A stretch of 32,000 nucleotides of DNA from Mesoplasma florum L1 (GTDB lineage: Bacteria; Bacillota_I; Bacilli_A; Mycoplasmatales; Mycoplasmataceae). The position numbers and the translations under genes were made by a program. The stretch lies in contig NC_006055.1 in assembly GCF_000008305.1 (NCBI RefSeq), forward strand, positions 510,001 to 542,000, read 5' to 3'. The notes beneath the pieces are model-generated. The model saw only the letters and a list, made by a program, of their open reading frames with translations. It searched no databases and was not told the origin of the DNA. Below, piece after piece: positions 8,513 through 19,926 of this stretch; positions within the stretch are counted from its first letter, which is position 1; each line of letters starts with the position of its first letter.

Positions 8513-11500
8513 TTAGTTAGAATATTTATCTGAAATTATTGAGTATGAGAATATAGAAAGAGCTTCTGATTCTGGTTCTTCACCATTACCTGAGTCTGTT
8601 GATCAAGTTACAACAAAAGTTACTTTAGAACCATCAACAACTTTATCTGAACCTTTTCCTGTTATTTCAACACTTGTTGTTGCTTCATCATCAGTACGAG
8701 CAACTGTAAAGTCTACATAATCAGTTCCATTTACTAATCCAGCTGCAGTTAACACAGTTTCAATTTGTGTTTTAACAGTTGAAACATCATTTCCTTTAGC
8801 AGCTGAAATTTTTAAATCATCAGCTTTAATAATATCTGCTAAATCTTTTGAAAAGTCTGTTGATCAAGTTACAACAAAAGTTACTTTAGAACCATCAACA
8901 ACTTTATCTGAACCTTTTCCTGTTATTTCAACACTTGTTGTTGCTTCATCATCAGTACGAGCAACTGTAAAGTCTACATAATCAGTTCCATTTACTAATC
9001 CAGCTGCAGTTAACACAGTTTCAATTTGTATTTTAACAGCTGAAGCATCATTTCCTTTAGCCGCTGAAATTTTTAAATCATCAGCTTTAATAATATCTGC
9101 TAAATATTTTGAAAAGTCTGTTGATCAAGTTACAACAAAAGTTACTTTAGAACCATCAACAACTTTATCTGAACCTTTTCCTGTTATTTCAACACTTGTT
9201 GTTGCTTCATCATCAGTACGAGCAACTGTAAAGTCTACATAATCAGTTCCATTTACTAATCCAGCTGCAGTTAACACCGTTTCAATTTGTGTTTTAACAG
9301 CTGAATCATCATTTCCTTTAGCAGCTGAAATTTTTAAATCATCAGCTTTAATAATATCTGCTAAATCTTTTGAAAAGTCTGTTGATCAAGTTACAACAAA
9401 AGTTACTTTAGAACCATCAACAACTTTATCTGAACCTTTTCCTGTTATTTCAACACTTGTTGTTGCTTCATCATCAGTACGAGCAACTGTAAAGTCTACA
9501 TAATCAGTTCCATTTACTAATCCAGCTGCAGTTAACACAGTTTCAATTTGTGTTTTAACAGTTGAAACATCATTTCCTTTAGCAGCTGAAATTTTTAAAT
9601 CATCAGCTTTAATAATATCTGCTAAATCTTTTGAAAAGTCTGTTGATCAAGTTACAACAAAAGTTACTTTAGAACCATCAACAACTTTATCTGAACCTTT
9701 TCCTGTTATTTCAACACTTGTTGTTGCTTCATCATCAGTACGAGCAACTGTAAAGTCTACATAATCAGTTCCATTTACTAATCCAGCTGCAGTTAACACA
9801 GTTTCAATTTGTGTTTTAACAGCTGAAACATCATTTCCTTTAGCAGCTGAAATTTTTAAATCATCAGCTTTAATAATATCTGCTAAATCTTTTGAAAAGT
9901 CTGTTGATCAAGTTACAACAAAAGTTACTTTAGAACCATCAACAACTTTATCTGAACCTTTTCCTGTTATTTCAACACTTGTTGTTGCTTCATCATCAGT
10001 ACGAGCAACTGTAAAGTCTACATAATCAGTTCCATTTACTAATCCAGCTGCAGTTAACACAGTTTCAATTTGTATTTTAACAGCTGAAACATCATTTCCT
10101 TTAGCAGCTGAAATTTTTAAATCATCAGCTTTAATAATATCTGCTAAATCTTTTGAAAAGTCTATTGATCAAGTTACAACAAAAGTTACTTTAGAACCAT
10201 CAACAACTTTATCTGAACCTTTTCCTGTTATTTCAACACTTGTTGTTGCTTCATCATCAGTACGAGCAACTGTAAAGTCTACATAATCAGTTCCATTTAC
10301 TAATCCAGCTGCAGTTAACACAGTTTCAATTTGTATTTTAACAGTTGAAACATCATTTCCTTTAGCAGCTGAAATTTTTAAATCATCAGCTTTAATAATA
10401 TCTGCTAAATCTTTTGAAAAGTCTGTTGATCAAGTTACAACAAAAGTTACTTTAGAACCATCAACAACTTTATCTGAACCTTTTCCTGTTATTTCAACAC
10501 TTGTTGTTGCTTCATCATCAGTACGAGCAACTGTAAAGTCTACATAATCAGTTCCATTTACTAATCCAGCTGCAGTTAACACAGTTTCAATTTGTGTTTT
10601 AACAGTTGAAACATCATTTCCTTTAGCAGCTGAAATTTTTAAATCATCAGCTTTAATAATATCTGCTAAATCTTTTGAAAAGTCTGTTGATCAAGTTACA
10701 ACAAAAGTTACTTTAGAACCATCAACAACTTTATCTGAACCTTTTCCTGTTATTTCAACACTTGTTGTTGCTTCATCATCAGTACGAGCAACTGTAAAGT
10801 CTACATAATCAGTTCCATTTACTAATCCAGCTGCAGTTAACACAGTTTCAATTTGTGTTTTAACAGTTGAAACATCATTTCCTTTAGCAGCTGAAATTTT
10901 TAAATCATCAGCTTTAATAATATCTGCTAAATCTTTTGAAAAGTCTGTTGATCAAGTTACAACAAAAGTTACTTTAGAACCATCAACAACTTTATCTGAA
11001 CCTTTTCCTGTTATTTCAACACTTGTTGTTGCTTCATCATCAGTACGAGCAACTGTAAAGTCTACATAATCAGTTCCATTTACTAATCCAGCTGCAGTTA
11101 ACACAGTTTCAATTTGTGTTTTAACAGCTGAAGCATCATTTCCTTTAGCAGCTGAAATTTTTAAATCATCAGCTTTAATAATATCTGCTAAATTTTGTGA
11201 AGAATTACCAACTCTAGCTTTTACACTAAAATCATTTTTTCCTTCAATTACATAATTTTCTTTAAATGTAACAGTAAATTTAATTGTTTCATCGTTTCAG
11301 TCTTTTGGTGTTTCTGTTGGATAAATAACACTATCAACACCAGTAATAGCTTGTACTGCATTTGTAATATCTTCTTGAGCTGCTTCAATGTTTGCATATG
11401 ATTTTCCGTTAATAGCAACTTCAGCCGCTGTTTGAATATCACTAGCTAAAACTTTATATGATTTTCAAGTATGAGGTAAAGTTACATCTCCTGTATAAAC

Positions 11501-12931
11501 AAATTCGTTTTCATCATTAGAATTACCAATAAATTTTCATTCTTTTGTATTTTTTACTACATTTGAATTATCATCTTTTAACAGAATAACTTCCTCTACT
11601 GTAATTTGCCCTTTATTAAATTCAGTATCAACAGCTTTTTGCAATTCATCTAGAGTTCATGTTTTTTCTTCATAATCTTTATCCTTTAAGATAGTTTCTA
11701 ATTCATTTTTAATTGTACTTATATTGGCAGTAACTTTATAATCATGAGTAACTTTAAGTTCTCCTTGATATTGTTTGTTATTTTCTTTTGAACCTTGACC
11801 TGTAATAACAAATTTTTCTGTTTTTTTACCTAGTTCAGAATTATCATAAGTTACAGTTGAATCATCTTCAGTAACATCAAATTCTTCAGAACCATATTTA
11901 GTATTTAATGCAGATTGCAATCCATCTTTAGTTCAAGCTTGATTTTTATGTGCTTCATCATTAACAAAACTTGTTAATTCTTGTTTAAATTCTTCATTAG
12001 TTGATATATCTGTTCTTGACATTAAATTTACAGTAACTTCTACTGTGTTAGTTGTTTGTTCTAAAACATAACCAGTTGATAATGTTAAAGTAACTGTAAA
12101 ACTTGATTTATCATCTTCAACAGATTTATTATATTTAGCCTCAGCTTTTTCAATACCTTTAATTCCTGTTGGTTCTGCATCACTTGCTGCTTCTTTATAA
12201 GCAAATGCAGCTTCAATAGCTGATTTAGCAGCTTCTTTATTATCAAATTTATCGTGATTTGCTAAATCAGTAACAACAGTATTTATTTGTGCATTGCTAA
12301 TTACAGTTTGTTTTGTATATGTATGAGTTAATGTTATTTCACCTATATACTTTAATGTATTTTCTGGATCTGTTGTTGCATTACCTGTAAATGTAAATTC
12401 AGCTTTTTTCTTTGTTTCACCAGTATAGTTATTATCGTCACTATAAGTTCCACCAGAAACTGCTATTTCACCATTTCCAAATTCAGAATCTATCTTAGTT
12501 TGTAAATCAGTAACAGTTCATTCATCATGAGGTTTTTCAGATAGAATGCTTGTCAGTCTTGTTGAAATAACTGAAATATCTTCAGCTTTATTATCTTTTA
12601 CTTCATAAGTTTGAGTTAATGTTAATTGACCTGTATATTTTTTATTATTTGCTTTAAATATAAATTCAGCTTTAGCTATACTTGTTACTTTAGTATAGTC
12701 TTTAAATGAAACTGTAATTTCACCTTCACCAAATTCAGTATCTACTTTTTTTTGTAATTCTGATACATCTCATTTTGCATCAGTTTTTGATTTTAAAATT
12801 GCTTCCAATTTTGATTGCAAGATTCTAATATCGTTTTGCTTTTTCTTGTCTGCATTAGCTATAGCTACACCAGCTACAACAACGTTTGTTGTTAATGTAA
12901 CAACCACTAATAATGCTAATAATTTTTTCAT
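8513..12931 (-). CDS. Large secreted/surface repeat protein, 1472 aa, with ten tandem 87-aa repeats
   Basis: Start ATG at 12929-12931 (signal peptide MKKLLALLVVVTLTTNVVVAGVAIANA) and stop TAA at 8513-8515 are in the same frame (4419 bp). Needs UGA=Trp; each 87-aa unit carries one (VVTWSTD). Confidence 0.88.
8594..11203 (-). repeat. Ten tandem 261-bp units (87 aa each)
   Basis: The 'gtctgttgatcaagttacaac' anchor (with a single-base variant in one copy) recurs at 8594, 8855, 9116, 9377, 9638, 9899, 10160, 10421, 10682 and 10943, exactly 261 bp apart. Consensus: FSKDLADIIKADDLKISAAKGNDVSTVKTQIETVLTAAGLVNGTDYVDFTVARTDDEATTSVEITGKGSDKVVDGSKVTFVVTWSTD. Confidence 0.97.
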
Positions 12932-13043
12932 ATAAACCCCCATATTTAATTGTTTTTTTACAATAAATACTCCAATTTTAGATTATTAATTCAAAAAAAA
13001 CTCCAAAATGGGAATTTTTTCGTCTTTTTTTATTGAATTTACC

Positions 13044-13083
13044 AAAAAAAAAAAAAAAAGGCCAAAAACACTACTTTTTGACC
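13044..13083 (-). terminator. Hairpin with A16/T16 tract
   Basis: Minus strand GGTCAAAAA-GTAGTG-TTTTTGGCC-T16. The A16 occupies 13044-13059 on the + strand. Confidence 0.65.
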
Positions 13084-13117
13084 CTTTTTTGACATTAAAA
13101 TAAGCTATAACCATAGG

Positions 13118-13555
13118 TTAAAAAATAGCTTTTTTATCACTAATTAAATATACTAATGATCAAATTCAACTAAAAATATTAATTGATATTACTGATGTAA
13201 CTATAAATAGTATTTAAATAACTCTATTTTTAGATAATTTTAATCTTCATGCAAATATTATATTTAATAAATTAATAGCAGTTAAACTAGTTGCAACAAT
13301 TACTATAATCATCATTATTTGATTAAAGTAAGCAATAAACTGGGAAAAATAAAATTTACATTTCTGAAAAAGAAAGGTAGATTTTTTTATGTCTAAATTT
13401 TTAACAAAAAAACAAAGAATAAATATTATAAAAATAAATGATGAATTAAGTATTAATAAAGCAGCTATAGAGTATTTAAAAATAACTGGAAAAGAGGTTG
13501 GTCTAAAAGAATTAGAAATAAAAGTTTTTTTTAGATAATAAAGGTATGAAAGCAC
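13118..13555 (-). pseudogene. Degenerate copy of the membrane-protein family seen at 19.9-21.5 kb
   Basis: Ends IVIVATSLTAINLLNIIFAWRLKLSKN..VI, then an in-frame TAA at 13214-13216. Homology continues afterwards (ILFIVTSVISINIFSWIWSLVYLISDKKAIF) to TAA at 13118. Confidence 0.6.
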
Positions 13556-14490
13556 TACAAAGAAAAGCAGGTAATTTTAGACCGCCAAAAAGAGATGATT
13601 CTGATATTCCTTCAATTATTGATAAATTAAATGAAAACAAAAAATGAAATAATTGAAGCTTGAATTAAAGAACAAAGAAATAATAAAGAATAAAAACTCT
13701 GTAAAGAAAATTAAGTCATTAAATAATACTTTAAGATCAAAAATTTCTACAATACATAGAACAACTTTTTATATTACGTAAAAAGAAAGGAATTATAAAT
13801 TTGACTATTTGAAAAATAAAGTAATTGATATTTTTAATAACAGCAAAGGATTTTATGGAAGCAGAAAAATAGCAATCATTTTATCTCAAAATGGGTTATA
13901 TATAAACGATAGAACTTTGAGAAATTACATGATTAGATAAGGTTTAATAACACTTACATGTAAAAAGAAACGCAAAGCAGAAATTAAAAATACAAAAATT
14001 AAATAAAGAGATTAATCAAAAGAAATTATAATCCCGAATTAGATAATATCGTAGCTACAGATGTTTCTTATATACCTGCAACATCAACATATAATGATGT
14101 TTATTTATCAGTTGCGATTAGTCACAAAACTAAAAAAATAGAATCATGAAAAATTTCTGAAAATATGATGTAAAATTAGTTTTTGATACTTTAGATAAGC
14201 TAAACTGAAAAGGGTTTATTTTGCATTCTGATCATGGTTTTCAATATTCTTCTTATGAAGTTACTAAAAAGTAAAAAAATCAATTCACAAATATCTATGA
14301 GTAGAATTGGAAACTCATTAGATAACAGAGAAGTTGAATATTTCTTTAGTGTGTAAAGGGCGAATACTTAAATAGAATAAATACTCAAAAAATGAAAATT
14401 TAAATAAATTTATAAACACATGCAATGATATATAAGTTGATACAATAATCATAGAATATAGAAAGTTTTAAATTGAAAAACGCCAGCATG
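13546..14490 (+). pseudogene. Decayed IS3-family (IS150-like) transposase, OrfA tail plus OrfB
   Basis: Fragments with many stops/frameshifts: LQRKAGNFRPPKRDD; VIDIFNNSKGFYGSRKIAIILSQNGLYINDRTLRNYMIR; PELDNIVATDVSYIPATSTYNDVYLSVAISHKTKKIESWKIS; WKGFILHSDHGFQYSS; MSRIGNSLDNREVEYFFSVLKGE; WYNNHRI*KVLNWKTPA. This is the OrfA/DDE order in the correct orientation. Confidence 0.85.
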
Positions 14491-14740
14491 AGCTAGCGTT
14501 AATTAATTATTTAAAGTGTAGATTTATTTTTTCCCAGTTTATGATGCAAATGAAAATTTTAAATAATTAATTCTTAAAAAAGTATTCTTAATAAATTATA
14601 CATTTAAATAAATATTTTCTTGTAAAAAGACACTAATGAAAATATTAATTGATTATTAAAATATAATTAGCTAAAAAAACTAATTTTGCCAATTAAGGAA
14701 ATGATAATATAATTAAAATATTGAAAAATTAATATCTGAT

Positions 14741-14775
14741 AAAATACCTAAACCTAGAATTAACTTAGGTATTTT
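14741..14775. terminator. Terminator-like hairpin
   Basis: AAAATACCTAA (14741-14751) and TTAGGTATTTT (14765-14775), ~80 bp beyond the stop of the DUF285 gene. Confidence 0.5.
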
Positions 14776-14856
14776 GTGATAATTCTAACAAGAAATATGA
14801 CACTTTAAAAACACTAATCTATACTTTGAGATAGTCAAAAAAATTATTTTCATTTA

Positions 14857-17580
14857 TTAATTATTTTCAGGAAATTTTGGTTGTCTTTCCTTGGCTCAAT
14901 TTCCCCCTTGATGATAAAAATTAGCAAAATATTCAACATTTTTAACATCTCAATTAGAAATATCAACATTAAAAGCTTGAGCACGATAAAACATATAACT
15001 CATGTTAGTTACACTTGAGATATTTCATTTTGAAATATCTTGATTAAAAGCTTGAGCACCAAAAAACATACTACTCATATCTGTTACCTTTGATGTATCT
15101 CATGCTACATATTTTTCATTATTTTTTTCTACTTCTTTTGTTGAAATATCACAATTAAAAGCTTGAGCACCAGAAAACATATTACTCATGTTAGTTACAC
15201 TTGAAGTATTTCATTTTGAAATATCACCATTAAAAGCATAAGTTTCAGAAAACATACTACTCATATCAGTTACTTTTGATGTATCTCATGCAACATATTT
15301 TTCATTATTTTTTTCTACTTCTTTTGTTGAAATATCACCATTAAAAGCTTGAGCACCAGAAAACATACTACTCATATCAGTTACACTTGAAGTATTTCAT
15401 TTTGAAATATCACCATTAAAAGCTTCAGCTTCAGAAAACATACCACTCATATTAGTTACTTTTGATGTATCTCATGCAACATATTTTTCATTATTTTGAT
15501 CTACTTCTTTTGTTGAAATATCACCATTAAAATTTTGAGCACCTAAAAACATATTACTCATGTCAGTTACACTTGAAGTATTTCATTTTGAAATATCACC
15601 ATTAAAAGCATAAGTATGATAAAACATATTACTCATATCAGTTACTTTTGATGTATCTCATGCAACATATTTTTCATTATTTTGATCTACTTCTTTTGTT
15701 GAAATATCACCATTAAAAGCTGAAGCATCAGAAAACATACTACTCATGTTAGTTACACTTGAAGTATTTCATTTTGAAATATCACCATTAAAAGCATAAG
15801 TATGATAAAACATATTACTCATATCAGTTACTTTTGATGTATCTCATGCAACATATTTTTCATTATTTTGATCTACTTCTTTTGTTGAAATATCACCATT
15901 AAAAGCTGAAGCACGAGAAAACATATTACTCATGTCAGTTACACTTGAAGTATTTCATTTTGAAATATCGCCATTAAAAGCATAAGTATCAGAAAACATA
16001 CCACTCATGTTAGTTACACTTGAAGTATTTCATTTTGAAATATCACCATTAAAAGCTGAAGAACCAGAAAACATATTACTCATATCAGTTACTTTTGATG
16101 TATCTCATGCAACATATTTTTCATTATTTTGATCTACTTCTTTTGTTGAAATATCACCATTAAAAGCTTGAGCACCATAAAACATATTACTCATGTCAGT
16201 TACACTTGAAGTATTTCATTTTGAAATACCAAAATCCACAATATCACTTTGTGCAAAAATTCAATTCATATTAGTTACATTCGAAACATTTCAACCTGAT
16301 AAGTCAATATTACTAAATGTTGTAAGTTTGAATGTTCCTTCCATGGAATTTACATTTGAAGTATCTCATTTTTTGATATCACTTAAATGATCTCCAGAAT
16401 TAGAATTAGCATAAAATAAATAGTTCAAAGATTTTATGTTTTCATTTAATTTATTTGGATAAACTATATCCTCTGAAAAACGAGTAAAAATGTTTATTGG
16501 TTCATTATTGTCTTCTTCAAAAAATATTCCACAAACTTGACCATTATTATATCAACCAAACTCGATTATTTCAGTAAATTCAATTTCATCTCAATCTTTA
16601 GAACTTGTTCCTTTAAATTCTTTGCTATGGATATTTTCATCTTTATCTATTTTATAAAACATAAGTGTTGAATTTAAAACTGTTTTTATTTTAAATTCGC
16701 CATCAAATTCTGATTTTCATTCATAGTTATGGGTGTTTAATGATACTTTTATTGTAATTTCGTGCTCCTTATCTCATTCCACTTCTCCTAATTTTTTAAT
16801 TTCAATCTTTGGTTCAGTTGTTAAATCAGGATTTATTATTTTATTGAAAGTTTCAATAATAGCTTTTTTAGCTTCACTCTCATCATATTCTTGAAGAATA
16901 GCTGATTTAAAAGATTTTTCCATTACATTTTGATCAATTTTAATAACTTTAGATACTGAAATATTCACATTAAATTTACCTTCAAATGATAAATCATCTC
17001 AAACATAATTTTCTTCGAGCATTACTTTAACTTCAAAAGTTTTTTCCTCAAATGCATATGATGTTAATATTTTAGCTTCAACAGTTTTAATTCCAGAAAC
17101 ATTTTTTAATGAATTATTAAGTTCAGCAATAGCTTCATCCTCAGTTAAATTTTTACCCTGAATTGATTCATTTAACATAGTTTGAATTTCTTCTTTTTTA
17201 ATGACATCATAAGTTCCAACTTTTGCTGAAACTGTGAATTCACCATTAAATGATAAATCATCTCAAATATAATTTTCTTCGAGCATTACTTTAACTTCAA
17301 AAGTTTTTTCCTCAAATGCATATGATGTTAATATTTTAGCTTCAACAGTTTTAATTCCAGAAACATTTTTTAATGAATTATTAAGCTCAGCAATAGCTTC
17401 ATCTTCAGTTAAATTTTTATTCTTAATAGATTCTTCTAATTTCTTTTGTATTTCATTCTGATCAATTTTATTATAAGCAGGGGGTTTATTTAATTTTTTC
17501 ATCGACTCATAAGAAACAATTCCTGTAAGAACACTTGCTGTTAAAGATAAAACAGCTAATAATTGTAATAATTTTTTCAT
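14857..17580 (-). CDS. DUF285/BspA-like (PARCEL-type) repeat surface protein, 907 aa
   Basis: Start MKKLLQLLAVLSLTASVLTGIVSYESMKKLNK..., stop TAA at 14857, consistent frame over 2724 bp. Many copies of FNGDIS.WNTSxVTDMSxMF / AWDTSKVTDMSSMF. Confidence 0.9.
14960..16230 (-). repeat. DUF285-type repeats, largely a ~186-bp super-unit plus shorter ~72-75-bp units
   Basis: The 'cttcttttgttgaaatatcac' anchor recurs near 15137, 15322, 15508, 15694, 15880 and 16140. Between anchors, units of 'gttacacttgaagtatttcattttgaaatatcaccattaaaagc' alternate with them. Confidence 0.8.
16980..17460 (-). repeat. Direct repeat encoding an N-terminal domain of the DUF285 protein, ~240-bp period
   Basis: 'cataattttcttcgagcattactttaacttcaaaagttttttcctcaaatgcatatgatgttaatattttagcttcaacagttttaattccagaaacattttttaatgaattattaagctcagcaatagcttcatc' occurs near 17000 and again near 17265. 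Confidence 0.85.
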
Positions 17581-17598
17581 ATTTCTCCTTTATATTTT

Positions 17599-18456
17599 TT
17601 AATTTTTAATTTCATTTTTTACTTTTTTCATATAAGCAATTAATTCTTTTTTTGTCAGGTTTCTCAAATTAACTTTTTGTAATTTTTTTGATAATTCTTT
17701 TTCAATCGCAATGCTTCTTAATTTATTTGAGTATTTTTGCAATTCATTTCTTTGTTCATCAATATTGCGTGATCCATCAATTTTAGCTCTTTCAGAGACT
17801 GACATTTTTGGCGTAACTTCTTTTTTAGCTATAGTTTTTCTCTCTTTAAAGTTGACTTCTTCAATATACTCCTCAGCGGTTTCCACTAAGCTATCTTTAT
17901 ATTTTGTTTCCATTTTTGAAACAAAGTCATGTGCATCTTCATCAGAAACATTAGAGTCTTTTTTAAAATTGATTTTTTTTATTTTGTTACTTGAATTGGC
18001 TGTTTTTTTACTTTTGTCATTTTGATTAGATGCTGGTTCAATTTCCAATATATTATTATTATTATTATTATTTAAAAGCTCATAAATAATAAAACCTAGC
18101 ATGCAGGTAATTCCAACGATTAGAATTCAGTTGATTAATAAATCTCAAAAAATTGGAAGTAAGAATATATATCCACCGTTTACACTGTATAATAATCGAA
18201 ATTCTGAAAATGACTTTGAACCTATTGGTCCTGTGAAAAAAGAACTTGTTATTTTTCCATTAGCAAATCAGTTAACATCTGTCTTGTTTATTAAACTAAA
18301 TTCTGATTCAAAAATTACTTTTCATTGACTAGTTCCATTTATTGCCTGATTTATCATCTTAAACATGAATGCTAAAATTATCAAGATAATTATCATTAAG
18401 AATCAAGTTAAGATATTTTTAAATTTATTTTGATTTACTTTTAGTATTTTTTTCAT
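17599..18456 (-). CDS. Hypothetical membrane protein with charged C-terminal tail, 285 aa
   Basis: Start MKKILKVNQNKFKN... at 18454-18456, same frame as the track ORF 17599..18102 once UGA=Trp. TM segments are followed by a Lys/Glu-rich tail. Stops 18 bp before the DUF285 gene. Confidence 0.75.
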
Positions 18457-19274
18457 TTTATCTCCTTTTATTTCCTTTTCATTTTGTTATTTTTTTGTTG
18501 AAATCCTGATTAAAAGTTTTGTTTTCTTTATTTTTATAAAGTAAAATTAAGTTTTTATTTTATTTAAATATTCACTAATATTCTAATTAAATTCATTAAT
18601 TTAGTAAAACCTGGAGAAGTAAGGGCTAGGAAATTTTAAACTAATATATTATTATATAAATTGAATCTTCTTTAAAGATTTTTTCATGTATTTTTTTATA
18701 TATAATAATAATTAATTTAGCACGATATAGGTTTTTTCACTTCTTTAAGACTAGATTCTGAACTATAAACTCCACTAGCTCTTAAAGTATGAAATGTTAG
18801 TTTTTATTAAATTTTGGTTTTGTGTTTAAATGATCCTATATGAATAAAATTTTATTTAAACTCAATGTTTTGGTAGATATTTTACTAAAATACTTTCAGA
18901 TACTAAAGAAATAATATTGCAATTAAAAAAGCTAAAAGTAGAATCATTATTTCTATTTATTTTGATAACATTCTTCAGAAAATTAAAATTTTGTGAATTA
19001 ATTTTTCAATTTATTTTGAAGATGATAATTAATTTATAATAAAGCCCATATTTTAAATAAATGCTCATTTTACTATCCACCTTTATTTTTTAAAGATCTA
19101 AAAGTTTAGTAAACTTAATTAATAATTATTTTTGTGTAAATTTTATTTTTTAAGTTACTGTTTGCTACTTTCAATTCTTTAATTTCTAAAAGATATAATT
19201 TATGCTAGGTATTTTTTATATATAGTAATCTTTATAATAAATACACTTATAAGGTGGTTATTTATAATGTTAGC

Positions 19275-19312
19275 AAAAAAAAAAAAAAAAGGCAAATTAC
19301 CTAATAATTTGC
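19275..19312 (-). terminator. Hairpin with A16/T16 tract
   Basis: Minus strand GCAAATTA-TTAGG-TAATTTGCC-T16. The A16 occupies 19275-19290 on the + strand. Confidence 0.6.
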
Positions 19313-19686
19313 TTATTCAAGAAACCTTTCCTCAAATTCCAACACACAAAATGTATTATTTGCCAATCACTTAAATTATGATTTTAATTTTTATTGATGC
19401 TTGAAATACATTTTATACAACAATAACATTTAAAAAAGAAATATTTCATCATGTTTGAAATTTTGATACTCTAATAAATAAGAATTAGTATCTTGTTTGA
19501 ATATATAATAATTTCGAACATGAAAAATATTATGGATGCTTTTAATTTTGCAAAGCAAAAAACAATTGAGTCTTTCACAAAATACTATAAGTTTTATAAG
19601 TAAAAGTTATCTTATAAAATCTTTTAATAATATATGTTATTACTTGTTTTTTGGTATGTCTCTAACTATATTTTTTATAAACCTAA

Positions 19687-19769
19687 TTTATTAAAGGTGC
19701 ATTACCTAGTCCTGAATTACATCCAAATAAAATTGCTCTTATATAATTATTTGGTAATTCTACTTGCCA
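19687..19769 (-). pseudogene. Short coding remnant in a ~1.4-kb ORF-less interval
   Basis: WQVELPNNYIRAILFGCNSGLGNAPLIN then TAG. Protein-like sequence with no intact flanking ORF. Confidence 0.3.
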
Positions 19770-19926
19770 TCTTTAAAAAAATTTTATGAGAAATATTTTA
19801 AAACAAATTCAAAATAATTTAAATTGATAAATTAATATTTATTAAAATATTGAATATATTTTCTAATCTTTTTCTTTATTATATTTTTAAAATATATTTA
19901 AAACTATTAAATTAAAAAATTATATT

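Noticed and set aside
8594-11203. Regular 261-bp repetition considered as a CRISPR array or non-coding satellite
   Set aside because: Units are fully coding in one frame (87 aa each) inside a 1472-aa ORF. No short repeat/unique spacer structure.
11248-11442. Track ORF of 64 aa on the - strand
   Set aside because: Out of frame with, and fully inside, the 8513..12931 CDS. Low-complexity Lys/Gln translation.
14479-14500. AACGCCAGC-ATGA-GCTAGCGTT hairpin as an independent terminator
   Set aside because: It overlaps the conserved C-terminal coding end of the IS3-type transposase remnant (LNWKTPA), so it may be incidental.
16193-16390. + strand ORF of 65 aa
   Set aside because: Antisense to the DUF285-type CDS; no signal of its own.
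17711-18025. + strand ORF of 104 aa (Ser/Leu-rich)
   Set aside because: Antisense shadow of the Lys/Glu-rich tail in the 17599..18456 CDS.
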